Shown: positions 40,752-50,897, counted from the stretch's first letter. The stretch: DNA of 64,000 nt from Candidatus Bathyarchaeota archaeon (GCA_963725855.1 CAVSAA010000003.1:569751-633750); one strand, 5' to 3'. A program made the numbers and translations. Notes: generated by a model from the letters alone, not told the origin.

Positions 40752-40931
40752 AACTTCTTTATTTTAGTCCCCTTATAGAACTTGGCAGATATTTGGTATA
40801 TTTAGAAACTCCTTGCCGAACCTATAAGGTAGTCATATAGGCGATTTCTCTATTAGCTGAGCAGAGTTTGGTTTTCCGAAAGCTAAAATAAGACCGTGAC
40901 AAAAGTATAGCCACTTGAGGTTAATTGACCC

Positions 40932-42188
40932 GTGTCATCCATTATCGAAGACCTCATTGCTAGGAAAATTTTTAACAACCGCGGAGAAGAAACCATAGAA
41001 GTAGATGTAATTACTGCTTCCGGGTTTGGAAGGGCAGCTGCTCCCGCTGGCAAAAGCCGGGGAAAAGCTGAAGTGGTTTATTATCCACAGGGTGGCGTGG
41101 AAGCAGCCATTAAAAAAGTTGACGACTTAATCGCTCCTGAACTTGCAGGCCTAAACGCAGATTTCCAGGAGGAAATCGACAGCACTCTGCATGAAATAGA
41201 TGGAACCACAGATTTTAAGAACATCGGCGGAAATACCGCGTTTGCAATTAGCCTTGCTAACGCTGAAGCTGCCGCAAATAGTCACAGTCTTCTTCTATTC
41301 CAGTTTCTTGGCGGAAACGCAGCAACCACAATGCCTTTTCCTTTGGGCAATTGCATAAGCGGCGGAGCCCACGCTCGAGGCGGAAAAACCCCCAGTATAC
41401 AAGAATACCTTGCCTTGCCTCATGGCGCTGAAAGCTTCCTTGAAGCCCAAACCGCCAACACTCAAATCCACAAAAAAATTGAAAGTACACTAAAAAAGAA
41501 AAGCACTACTTTCTCAGGAGGTAAGAGTGACGAAGGCGCATGGATCGCAAATATTGACACGGAAGATGCATTCGAAGTTATGGCTAAAGTCTGTGAAGAA
41601 GTCGGCAACGAATTGGATTTTGAATGTGGGTTCGGTATTGATGTTGCGGCTTCATCATTTTGGAAGCCAAAAGAAGAAAAATATGTTTACGAGATGGAAA
41701 GCAAAAAGCGGGACACCTCCGAGCAGCTTGAGTTTATGCTTGAGTTAATCGAGAAGTACCATCTTGCCTATGTCGAGGATCCCTTCAACGAGGACGACTT
41801 TGACAGCTTCGCCGAGCTTACTCGAAAAGCCAAAAATTGCATGATCTGCGGAGACGATTTATTCACAACCAATACTGAAAGGTTAAATAATGGAATTAAG
41901 ATTAACGCTGGAAACGCAATAATCATAAAAGTCAACCAGATAGGCACCTTAACCGATGCGGCTGAAACAATCGAACTGGCACAACGCCACGGTTACGATG
42001 CTGTGGTGTCTCATCGGTCCGGAGATACATGCGATTGGCATATCGCACATTTGGCTGTCGCCTACAAATGCCCCGTAATAAAGACAGGCGTTGTGGAAGG
42101 TGCACGTATAGCCAAACTAAATGAACTCATCCGAATAGAGCATTTCCTTGGGAACAGAGCCAAAATGGCTGACCTAAAAATACGCTAA
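40932..42188 (+). CDS. eno: Enolase
   Basis: GIDVAAS, YVEDPF, GDDLFTTN, KVNQIGTLT and SHRSG. Confidence 0.96.
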   Translation: MSSIIEDLIARKIFNNRGEETIEVDVITASGFGRAAAPAGKSRGKAEVVYYPQGGVEAAIKKVDDLIAPELAGLNADFQEEIDSTLHEIDGTTDFKNIGGNTAFAISLANAEAAANSHSLLLFQFLGGNAATTMPFPLGNCISGGAHARGGKTPSIQEYLALPHGAESFLEAQTANTQIHKKIESTLKKKSTTFSGGKSDEGAWIANIDTEDAFEVMAKVCEEVGNELDFECGFGIDVAASSFWKPKEEKYVYEMESKKRDTSEQLEFMLELIEKYHLAYVEDPFNEDDFDSFAELTRKAKNCMICGDDLFTTNTERLNNGIKINAGNAIIIKVNQIGTLTDAAETIELAQRHGYDAVVSHRSGDTCDWHIAHLAVAYKCPVIKTGVVEGARIAKLNELIRIEHFLGNRAKMADLKIR

Positions 42189-42195
42189 AGAGAAG

Positions 42196-42996
42196 ATGAA
42201 TAGAATGTCTGAAGACCAAGTAAAAGAAAACCAACCGGTTGAAAACGAACCCGTAGAGGAACCAGAAGAAACCGTGGAAGATGTTCCTCAAGAAGAAATT
42301 GAATCAACTGAAACCATTAGTACTGAGCCTCAAGGTGAAGCACAAGAAGAAGAGACTCAAGAAATGCAAGCTCCAGAAGAAACCCTTCTTTTACCTCGAG
42401 ACACCCTGCTATCCGCAGGTATCCATATTGGGACTAGGATGAAAACACTGGACATGGAACCATTCATCTACCGCGTACGCCCTGATGGACTGTTCGTTTT
42501 GGATGTCAAAAAAACAGATGACCGCATCAGAGTTACAGGAAAATTCCTTTCACGATACGAACCCGCAAGAATAGCAGTAGCAGCCACCAGGCTTTATGCT
42601 CATGAACCAGTCAAAATGTTCTGCAAACTAACAGGTGCAACACCGCTCATCGGGAGATTCATCCCAGGACAACTTAGTAACCCTCAGTATTCGAGTCGCA
42701 TTGACCCCGAGGTCATCCTCGTCTGCGACCCAAGAGCTGACGCCCAAGCAGTCAAAGAAGCATCCAAAGTCGGCATCCCAATCGTTGCACTATGCAGTAC
42801 CGACAACGAGTTTGCAGGAGTAGACCTAGTTATCCCAACCAACAACAAAGGCAGACGCGCTCTAGCAGTTGTGTTCTGGCTCTTAGCAAGACAAGTGCTC
42901 CGTGAACGAGGCGAACTTGGTCCAGACAAGGATCCACCAGTAACAATCGAAGACTTTGAAGCTAAAGTGACACGCGAAGAGGAAGAGGAGCCCTAA
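42196..42996 (+). CDS. rps2: 30S ribosomal protein uS2 with acidic N-terminal extension
   Basis: AGIHIGT, GRFIPG and IPTNNKG. Confidence 0.96.
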   Translation: MNRMSEDQVKENQPVENEPVEEPEETVEDVPQEEIESTETISTEPQGEAQEEETQEMQAPEETLLLPRDTLLSAGIHIGTRMKTLDMEPFIYRVRPDGLFVLDVKKTDDRIRVTGKFLSRYEPARIAVAATRLYAHEPVKMFCKLTGATPLIGRFIPGQLSNPQYSSRIDPEVILVCDPRADAQAVKEASKVGIPIVALCSTDNEFAGVDLVIPTNNKGRRALAVVFWLLARQVLRERGELGPDKDPPVTIEDFEAKVTREEEEEP

Positions 42997-43001
42997 AACC
43001 T

Positions 43002-43853
43002 TTGCCGACGATTCGGCGTCCAAATGTAGCTTCTCAATTTTATGAGGGCAACGCCGAAGAGCTCAGAGCACAAATCACCTCTTGTTTTCTCCATCCACTG
43101 GGTCCCAAGAAACTTCCCCAAGTTAATTTTCATAGTCACCCACGAAGCATCGTGGGCTTGATTTGTCCCCATGCAGGCTACATGTATTCTGGTCCCATTG
43201 CGGCACATGCTTTCTACGAGTTAGCCACAGATGGCAAACCTAATACTGTTGTGCTCTTAGGTCCCAACCACACAGGTAACGGTAGCGCTTTGGCCTTGAT
43301 GCGTGAGGGCATCTGGCGAACGCCGCTGGGTGACGTGGAAATTGACACCGCGTTGGCTGACTCGATATTGCATCAGACCCGCATCCTAGATGTGGATGAT
43401 GCAGCACACAAATACGAGCACTCTCTTGAAGTTCAGCTTCCCTTCCTCCAGTTCCTCTACGAAGACAAGTTCAAAATTGTTCCAATCTGCTACTTGATGC
43501 AGGATTACGACTCTGCAGTCGAAATAGGCCGCGCCCTCGTTGAAGCTTTATCCGTCACAAATGCTTTAGTCATCGCTTCCTCTGACATGACACACTATGA
43601 ACCAGCAAAGGCGGCAGCTGCCAAAGATCAAGCTGCCCTCAAAGCTGTTTCGGAATTAGATGCAAAACGCTTCTACGAAACTGTAGAAACCCAAAACATC
43701 ACTGCATGTGGCTACGCACCAATTTCCAGCCTAATCACTTACGCTGTCGGAGTATGTGCCAAAGCACAACTACTTAGTTACCATAACAGTGGCGACGTAA
43801 CAGGAGACCACTCAAGCGTGGTCGGATATGCTGCTGTAAAATTCAGTAAATAA
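43002..43853 (+). CDS. MEMO1 family protein (AmmeMemoRadiSam protein B)
   Basis: PHAGYMYSG, GPNHTG, EHSLEVQLPF, SSDMTHY and VVGYA. Confidence 0.93.
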   Translation: MPTIRRPNVASQFYEGNAEELRAQITSCFLHPLGPKKLPQVNFHSHPRSIVGLICPHAGYMYSGPIAAHAFYELATDGKPNTVVLLGPNHTGNGSALALMREGIWRTPLGDVEIDTALADSILHQTRILDVDDAAHKYEHSLEVQLPFLQFLYEDKFKIVPICYLMQDYDSAVEIGRALVEALSVTNALVIASSDMTHYEPAKAAAAKDQAALKAVSELDAKRFYETVETQNITACGYAPISSLITYAVGVCAKAQLLSYHNSGDVTGDHSSVVGYAAVKFSK

Positions 43854-43862
43854 TCCATTAGT

Positions 43863-44633
43863 TTAGTATTCATTGAGTAACTTGTCGAAGAAAGCTTTGG
43901 TTTTAGCGATATCTTCCATGGATGTCTTGTGTTCCAACTCCAATGTAATGGGGCCTTCATAACCATACTCATGTAGCGCTGAAAGGAAATGGTTTAACTC
44001 AGGCTTTTTTTGGATGAATGGCTCATGTGCCTTGTTTGCCATGTGAACGTTGCAAACGCGCCTGCCATATTTATCGAGTAATTCATCAACCACTTTAGTT
44101 TCTAGTGCATGGCATAAGTCAAACGTTATCCCCATCTCGTTCTTAGGATCAATAACACTAAGCACTTCTTCAAGTTGTTCAACGTTCTTACCAAACCCAG
44201 TCGAATTATACGACAGATTCTCCAAAGACAACTTGATGCCGAGGCGTTTTGCAAACGGCCTAATTTCCTCGTTGAAAATTTCGTTCAAACACTTTTTCCT
44301 GATGTCTTGGGGTAGCTTTTTTGAAATGTTCGAGTGTACCGTCATAAGTGGCGTACCCAGCGCTCTAGCGCATTCAAGCGAGATTTTGCCGTAATATATT
44401 GCTTGGTGGACCTCAATTGGATCTTTAACGTGGAGAACTGCTGAGTGCAGGGTTAGGCATTTAAGTCCAGAAGCAATGTAGGCTTTTTGTTCCCGATAGA
44501 TGTCAGTGTCGTGCTCTTTTTTTATTGACTTCATGTTAAATTCAATGTTGCTGAAACCGAGCTTTTTAACGGTGTTGAAGTTATCTTGTATGCCAAGTTT
44601 GCTAAAAATTCCGTTGGATAGACTCAACTTCAT
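43863..44633 (-). CDS. Sugar phosphate isomerase/epimerase (AP endonuclease 2 TIM barrel)
   Basis: LSLEN, FDLCHA, NVHM and GPITLE. Confidence 0.82.
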   Translation of the reverse strand: MKLSLSNGIFSKLGIQDNFNTVKKLGFSNIEFNMKSIKKEHDTDIYREQKAYIASGLKCLTLHSAVLHVKDPIEVHQAIYYGKISLECARALGTPLMTVHSNISKKLPQDIRKKCLNEIFNEEIRPFAKRLGIKLSLENLSYNSTGFGKNVEQLEEVLSVIDPKNEMGITFDLCHALETKVVDELLDKYGRRVCNVHMANKAHEPFIQKKPELNHFLSALHEYGYEGPITLELEHKTSMEDIAKTKAFFDKLLNEY

Positions 44634-44748
44634 ACTTAACCCTTCAATTGTAGTTTCTCTATTACCTGTAGGTTTTTCCTTCTTTAATTTTTGCTCTGTT
44701 ACATAAAGTTAAATTTCTACATTATTCATTAATTTTAATGGTGCAAAT

Positions 44749-45042
44749 GTGGAAGTAAAAGTTCGCTTCTTTACTAATCTGCGAGAAATTGTCGATAAAA
44801 GGGAAGAAACCATAACTTTTGCCGACTGTATAACTGTTACAGTGCATCTGGTTCTAACAACTCTCTCAAAAAAATATGGTGCCCCTTTTGTTGAATACGT
44901 TTACAACAGCAAAACTATGCAGCCTAAAAGTTTCCTTCAGTTTCTTGTTAACGGGACGAGCACAACTACTCTAAAGGGGCTAGAAACAAAGCTTAAGGAC
45001 GGAGCTGTTTTGGCAATTCTTCCTCCTGTGGGTGGCGGATAA
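44749..45042 (+). CDS. MoaD/ThiS/SAMP ubiquitin-like protein
   Basis: Beta-grasp pattern, LVNG and C-terminal LPPVGGG. Confidence 0.92.
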   Translation: MEVKVRFFTNLREIVDKREETITFADCITVTVHLVLTTLSKKYGAPFVEYVYNSKTMQPKSFLQFLVNGTSTTTLKGLETKLKDGAVLAILPPVGGG

Positions 45043-45142
45043 ATTTGAATTGCAAGTTCGTTTAATGTTTAGACTATATGTAATAGAATAGGTAAAAGAT
45101 CGCAGATTTGCATCTGCATTCACTACTAGAAGTTGAAAACTG

Positions 45143-45472
45143 CTATTTTTTACGGTTATTACATTGTAGGACCTTGGGGCAAATCAAGCATTCATCCGTG
45201 CATCCTGATGGTGCATTAAGTAGTCCACTGAAATGTGCACATTTTGCGGGGGAATCAAAAACAATAGGATACTCGGTTGCTCTAATGCCCACGATCTTTT
45301 CTTTTATAGTGTCGAGCTCTAGGCGTGACATGCAGAATGGGCAAGCATAATGCGTTAGGCGTGGAATAACAGAGTCATCAGTAATCATCGTTGGCCGATC
45401 AAACTGCTTCTCGCAGCCTTTGTAGGGGCACTGAAACTTATCATCGGAACCGTGAGAGTGGAAAAAGCGCAT
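45143..45472 (-). CDS. Multi-Cys Zn-finger protein
   Basis: CPYKGC, CPFC, CAHF and ECLICPKVLQC; probable ATG at 45472. Confidence 0.7.
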   Translation of the reverse strand: MRFFHSHGSDDKFQCPYKGCEKQFDRPTMITDDSVIPRLTHYACPFCMSRLELDTIKEKIVGIRATEYPIVFDSPAKCAHFSGLLNAPSGCTDECLICPKVLQCNNRKK

Positions 45473-45905
45473 AATGCTCAGTCTTAGAAAGTTGGTGTCG
45501 TAACATTTAATAAAGATATCCGCGAACGCCCAAACCCCTGGAGCTGAACAACACAACGACAATAATTAAGAACCAAGCTGTTTGTACAATTGTCGAGAGT
45601 TATTAATAATAATTCACGGATTGATACATAATAAGAATACTTAGGATATCATGTTTGCAATTATTCATAATATTTATTAACAAATCTTAGTCAAGTTTTT
45701 ATTGGGTCAACAACAAATAACGTTAAAGAATGGTGAGACAAATGGAAAACGTCATTGCCCAAATAGAGTTTCAGATGAAAGAAATAGTATACTTCACACA
45801 TGAGTAGGATTAAGAAAAGTCTCTACATTGGTATAGTTCCCCGTTCTTTTCTTACATGAAGGTACATTAAGAAAGATCCTGACCATTATTCTCTGGAAAA
45901 TTTTA

Positions 45906-45979
45906 AGCCTCGAGCGGGCTTTGCTCCCGCGGCCTGCTGCTTACGAGGCAGCCGCTCCACTGGGCTGAGCTATCGAGGC
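45906..45979 (-). tRNA. tRNA-Thr(CGT) with non-canonical D and T loops
   Basis: GCCTCGA/TCGAGGC acceptor, GCTC/GAGC D stem, GCTGC-CTCGTAA-GCAGC, GCGGG-AGCAAAG-CCCGC, U discriminator. Confidence 0.85.
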
Positions 45980-46076
45980 ACCATAGACGCTAACAACACG
46001 GAACCAATTTTTAAAGTTTCACAAACCCCAACCTTAAAAGCAATAAACTACCCATAAAAAATAGAGCAGACCCCAA

Positions 46077-47090
46077 ATGAGTCAAAGCAATTCTCCAAGA
46101 GCAAAAAGTCTCGGCGAACACAAAATAATCCAAATTATCCAAAACCATCTTACCAAGATGCCCCAAATGGCTATCCCATTTGGAGACGACGTTTCCGCAG
46201 TAAACCTTCCCGAAAATTACGTTGCCGTTCTCAAAACCGACATGCTTGTAGGAAAAACAGATGTGCCCAAAAAAATGAGCCTATTTCAAGCTGCAAGAAA
46301 AGCCATAGTTATGAATGTCAGCGACTTTGCCTCAAAAGGCGTACAACCGACAGCGGCGCTTATTGCACTAGGTTTGCCGAGAAGCTTTACCCAAAATCAC
46401 ATCGAAGAAATCGCCCAAGGCCTCAATTCTGGCGCACAAGAATACGGCGCTTACATCATCGGGGGCGATACGGCTGAAGCTTCGGATTTGATTGTTTCAG
46501 TTTCGCTCTTTGGAACAACACAAAAGCACGCTTTGATGTTGCGAAGTGGTGCTAAAGTCGATGACATTTTGGCTGTTACGGGTTTGTTTGGCAAATCCTC
46601 AGCTGGGTTACGTTTGCTTTTAGATAAAGCCTGTTCTGCAGAGCTGAACTTAGGCAAGATGCTTTTAGATTCGGTTTTGATGCCCAAAGCCCGGCTTAAG
46701 GAGGGTTTGGCTCTTAGTGGTTCAGGGCAGGTTTCAGCTTCCATTGATTCCAGCGATGGCTTAGCGTGGAGTTTGCATGAGCTTGGGCGGTTAAGTAACG
46801 TCGGCTTCATCCTTGATGTGGTTCCTGTGGGAAGCGAGGTCAAGCAGTTCGCTGATCAAAATGGGCTTGACGCTTCGGAGTTGGCTCTATATGGTGGCGA
46901 AGAATACGAGTTGGTTTTAACTGTTAAGCCTGAAGGGTGGGATGCTGCTGTTGCTGCAGTTGAATCGGTTGGCGGGCAACTATTACCAATCGGAAAAGCC
47001 ACCAAAGAAAGTAAAATACTTCTTAATGTTGATAACGAGACGTGTGCAATTGAAGCTCGTGGCTGGGAGCATTTTAAGAGCCACGTTTAG
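46077..47090 (+). CDS. thiL: Thiamine-monophosphate kinase
   Basis: GDD, NVSDFASKG, GGDT, DSSDGL and GGEEYEL. Confidence 0.93.
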   Translation: MSQSNSPRAKSLGEHKIIQIIQNHLTKMPQMAIPFGDDVSAVNLPENYVAVLKTDMLVGKTDVPKKMSLFQAARKAIVMNVSDFASKGVQPTAALIALGLPRSFTQNHIEEIAQGLNSGAQEYGAYIIGGDTAEASDLIVSVSLFGTTQKHALMLRSGAKVDDILAVTGLFGKSSAGLRLLLDKACSAELNLGKMLLDSVLMPKARLKEGLALSGSGQVSASIDSSDGLAWSLHELGRLSNVGFILDVVPVGSEVKQFADQNGLDASELALYGGEEYELVLTVKPEGWDAAVAAVESVGGQLLPIGKATKESKILLNVDNETCAIEARGWEHFKSHV

Positions 47091-47652
47091 ATTGCTGATC
47101 TAGGGTGTAGTTGATTATGGTTATGCATGAAGCTGCGAGGTAAGGGGTTTTTCCCAGGCTGATTTTTTCTCCAAACCGCTGGGCAAAGAGTTCGGCTTTT
47201 TTGGGTAAGCCAACATGGTCACCCAAGACAAAGAGGCCGTTCTCAGATAGTTCAATTTGTTCTATGTCTTTGCCGTCTTCTTCTAGCACGTATACTTTTT
47301 GGGATTGAGCTTTGTCTTTTAGTAGCGCCTCGAAGCTTGTTTTGTCTTTAGTGATGCCTGGGTGCGGTTTGTCCTGCAAAATTTTTTTGAGGATTCCTTG
47401 CCATGTGTCCATGTCGGTACGTACATCGTAGAGGGTGCTGCCGTCTATTTGAATATGTATAGGTGGTTTTGGGGGACCGTTTAAGATGGCATGGAATGTT
47501 ACGTCTCTACGCAAGCCATGCGAAAGAAACAGGCTGCTGACGATGCATTCGTGGACTATATCGAGTCTGCCTGCGTCGTGGAGACTATGAAAATTTGAGG
47601 TGGTTTGCCCTATACGTGAAAAAAGAATGAATTCGTGTGGCAAAGGAGTCAC
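47074..47652 (-). CDS. trmY: tRNA (pseudouridine54-N1)-methyltransferase (SPOUT)
   Basis: AGRLDIV...SLFLSHGLRRDV, FVLGDHVG and ISLG. Confidence 0.88.
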   Translation of the reverse strand: MTPLPHEFILFSRIGQTTSNFHSLHDAGRLDIVHECIVSSLFLSHGLRRDVTFHAILNGPPKPPIHIQIDGSTLYDVRTDMDTWQGILKKILQDKPHPGITKDKTSFEALLKDKAQSQKVYVLEEDGKDIEQIELSENGLFVLGDHVGLPKKAELFAQRFGEKISLGKTPYLAASCITIINYTLDQQSKRGS

Positions 47653-47874
47653 TGCATAATGCTATGCATATGTTGCTTTAAAGCGCTTTCACGCATTTTT
47701 TTCTGTAGCTCCTTATTTACTCACTCAATTACCTAAACGCAAAACAACAGACTCTGCTTCTCTAGTGGTTTGCCCCCTCAATAAGCAGAATTAAGCACTG
47801 GTTTCCCAAAAATTTGGAGACGTGTAGCTAAGGTTTTTATGGCTCTTGCGAAATTATGTTCACTGCAATACGGC

Positions 47875-47952
47875 GGGGCCATCGGCTAGCTTGGTCTAGG
47901 CTTGTAGACTTGGGCTCTATAGACTCCGGTTCAAATCCGGGTGGCCCCACCA
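47875..47952 (+). tRNA. tRNA-Pro(TGG), encoded CCA
   Basis: GGGGCCA/TGGCCCC-A-CCA, GTAGA-CTTGGGC-TCTAT and GGTTCAAATCC. Confidence 0.93.
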
Positions 47953-48070
47953 TCAACTTTTCCGGCATTTTCAAAATACCTTTCCTGTTTTTCAGCTAAT
48001 CTCCATGCCTAACCATGCCTGACAACGCGATTAATTTTTATGTGTCAGATGTTGTAGTTGTTGGTTTACT

Positions 48071-49948
48071 TTGGTGTTCTATTTGGCGTTTAAGAGAATC
48101 TTGCTTGTTAAGCCTTCAGGAAGGAAAGGTCTGAGTTTTTCTTTCGATTTGATACCTATAGGTTTAGAGTATATTGCGGCTTACATCAAAGACAAAGTGG
48201 ATAAAGTCAATATCGTTGACATGGAACTAGATAACAGAAAATTCCAAGATATAATCAACTTCTACAACCCAGACCTTATCGGCATCACATTATCTGCCAC
48301 TGAACACAATCAGAGTCTTCGTCTTGCAAAGATTGCTAAGAAAAACAATATACCTACCGTAGTTGGTGGTTATCACCCGACAAATGTTCCAGACTTGATG
48401 CTTTCCCACCCGCAAATTGACATGGTTATTCGTGGAGAAGGCGAAGCTACAATGAAAGAGCTCGTAGGGCTTGATAATTTTGAGAATATTCAAGGGCTCT
48501 CTTACAAGAAGAACGGAAAAATAATTCATAACGAAGAAAGAAAACCAATCGATAATATAGATGCTCTTCCTTTCCCCGCTCGATATTTAAGGCAATACTC
48601 CTACAAAAGCCAAGATAGAGTCACAGATTGTGATGTGATAACAATGTTTCGGGGTTGCAATGGCCTTTGTAGTTTTTGTTGCGAACCAAGTATGAGTCGA
48701 GGTTGTCTAAGAAGTAGATCACCAGAGAACGTTATGAAAGAGATTCTAGAAATGTCAGAATTTCACAACAGAAGACCTGTAAACGTGATGTTTGCTGACC
48801 CGAACTTCATGGGTAAGCCAAAACAAGTTGATCGTCTTTGTGACTTACTGATGGAACATGATTTAGACTTAGAATTTTGCGCTTTAGTTAGAGCAGACGC
48901 CATGGCAATGCATCCTCAAATCGTAAAGAAAATGTGTCAAGTAGGTATCCGCAGGTTTGAAATGGGTATTGAAAGTCCCTACATCAAAGACTTGAAGTCA
49001 ACCAAGAAAGGTACAACAAATAAGGTCCATATAGAAGCGGTTAAAAACATACGTGAAAACGGCGGCAGAGCAGGAGGAACCTTCGTCATAGGTCTACCTG
49101 AACAAACTGAAGATGAAATTAAAACTTTTCCAACATACGCAAAAAACATTGGTTTAACAGGCGCTGCCTTTGGCATTGCAACGCCATTTCCCGGTACTGA
49201 CTTCTACAAAGAAACAAGTGAAAAAGGATTAATCTTTGAAACTAACTGGGACGCCTTTGACGAAATGCACTCCGTGTACACTACCAAGTACTTAACAAAA
49301 GAAAAAATCGAAGAAATGGCAACTTACTGCATGGCAAAATTCTGGAACATGGACACATTTATCGATCATGAAAAGATTTCGCAAACACACACTAAACAGA
49401 AAAAGACTATTTTTGATTTTGCCCAAGAAAGAATACTAAATCTCGGTTTCATGACTAATAACGGAACAGAATTACAAAAAGGCAACTTTGAAAAACACAT
49501 AAAAACATTTCTTGAGGCTTACATAGACCCGCGAGTGGAAGCATATACCCGAAAAGTCGGTGTCCATGAGGTTCTAGAGATGACCCGATTTCTTAGAATG
49601 CTAGGACCGCAAAAAATCCAATGTACGCTAAGCTTAGACGACACCAATGCTAGCTTCATATTTAAAACAACTAAAACAGCTGTTGAGTACATAAGTGTCA
49701 TTAGAGGAAGACAAACTGACGCCACGATAGCTCTTGATGTGGACCTAAAGTGGCTAAGCGAACCCGCCAATTCACATATCATCCAGAGGGTTGCTTTGGT
49801 GTTCTCACATAATTTAACCCCTAAGAAAATATGGAACACTTTTAGGCTTTTTACCGCGATCGGAACAGATGCCTTGGCGTGGAATCTACAGAAAATAAAA
49901 TCTCGAAATTCTAAGGCTCGTTGTTCAATAGAGCGGGCTCTGGTTTAA
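48071..49948 (+). CDS. Cobalamin-binding radical SAM protein with C-terminal extension
   Basis: PIGLEYIA and VVGGYHPT..GEGE B12 domain; CNGLCSFC; TPFPGT; about 190 extra C-terminal aa. Confidence 0.9.
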   Translation: MVFYLAFKRILLVKPSGRKGLSFSFDLIPIGLEYIAAYIKDKVDKVNIVDMELDNRKFQDIINFYNPDLIGITLSATEHNQSLRLAKIAKKNNIPTVVGGYHPTNVPDLMLSHPQIDMVIRGEGEATMKELVGLDNFENIQGLSYKKNGKIIHNEERKPIDNIDALPFPARYLRQYSYKSQDRVTDCDVITMFRGCNGLCSFCCEPSMSRGCLRSRSPENVMKEILEMSEFHNRRPVNVMFADPNFMGKPKQVDRLCDLLMEHDLDLEFCALVRADAMAMHPQIVKKMCQVGIRRFEMGIESPYIKDLKSTKKGTTNKVHIEAVKNIRENGGRAGGTFVIGLPEQTEDEIKTFPTYAKNIGLTGAAFGIATPFPGTDFYKETSEKGLIFETNWDAFDEMHSVYTTKYLTKEKIEEMATYCMAKFWNMDTFIDHEKISQTHTKQKKTIFDFAQERILNLGFMTNNGTELQKGNFEKHIKTFLEAYIDPRVEAYTRKVGVHEVLEMTRFLRMLGPQKIQCTLSLDDTNASFIFKTTKTAVEYISVIRGRQTDATIALDVDLKWLSEPANSHIIQRVALVFSHNLTPKKIWNTFRLFTAIGTDALAWNLQKIKSRNSKARCSIERALV

Positions 49949-49967
49949 ACCCAGGCACCCCCCACCA
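49937..49967 (+). repeat. Decayed direct repeat of the tRNA-Pro 3' end (att-like)
   Basis: GCTCTGGTTTAAACCCAGGCACCCCCCACCA versus ACTCCGGTTCAAATCCGGGTGGCCCCACCA (47923-47952); about 22/31 by eye, mostly transitions. Confidence 0.55.
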
Positions 49968-50147
49968 GTTGGGTCCAGTAAACTGGTGACCTTTTTGATT
50001 ACATCAACCAGAGCTATCTCAGCCTACTACTTCACTATCCTTAATTGACCCTAAAAGGCAAGCGAAAGAGAGAATAATGCTGTTGGTTTGCTCTTCAATA
50101 CCCTTTGGTAACTTGACCTTTTGCCCTTTTTCTAAAAAAATAGGAGG

Positions 50148-50897
50148 TTAATTGAGGCTTTCAAATAGGATCCTTTTAAGGATAGTTGCGCCATGTTTCA
50201 TTTTCAATTTTTTTTCGCCTAATCGTTTACGGTATTCGATCGGGACTTCGATTGTATGAAATCCTTGTTTGCCTACTTGATGATTCAATTCTACTTCTAT
50301 GTCAAAACCTTTCGATTTAATGCTCCATTTCCGGAGGATGTCTGCACGGAGAACCCGCAATCCTGTTAGTGGATCCTGCAGATTTATTCCATTAAAAAAA
50401 CCATGGGCAATAGCCAATATCTTATTTCCAAAAGTAAACCGACCTTGAAAGGCGTTTCCTTCTGCTTGTTTACTAAACCTGTTCCCGCAAACCATTCCTA
50501 CGTCCGGATTATTTTCTAGGATCTGAATCATCTCGGGTACATTTTCGGCTGGATAAGTGAAGTCGGCATCTGTGATGACTACGTACTCAACATCGACAGC
50601 CATGCACTGGACAGCTTTGGCCAAAGCATCTCCTTTACCTTTACCCTCTTGGAAAAAGATTTCTGCTCCATGTTCTTTGGCGACTTCAACTGTTCGATCT
50701 TGGCTATGTCCGTCAATTACTAGAATACGTTTTGCATTTATATTGTTTGAAAGCTCGGAGATGGTTGCGCCTATCCCTTCCTCTTCGTTGAGTGCAGCAA
50801 TAAAAATGTTGGTTGGTTGTGTTGGTTCATATCTTTGACTAAACAATTTTAGTTCTCCCAGGGTTATAGATGATTTAATGTTCTTCGAGAAGGTCAA
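50148..50897 (-). CDS. GT2 glycosyltransferase (DPM synthase-like)
   Basis: ALNEEEGI, IDGHSQDRT, TDADFTYP and GFDIEVE. Confidence 0.9.
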   Translation of the reverse strand: MTFSKNIKSSITLGELKLFSQRYEPTQPTNIFIAALNEEEGIGATISELSNNINAKRILVIDGHSQDRTVEVAKEHGAEIFFQEGKGKGDALAKAVQCMAVDVEYVVITDADFTYPAENVPEMIQILENNPDVGMVCGNRFSKQAEGNAFQGRFTFGNKILAIAHGFFNGINLQDPLTGLRVLRADILRKWSIKSKGFDIEVELNHQVGKQGFHTIEVPIEYRKRLGEKKLKMKHGATILKRILFESLN

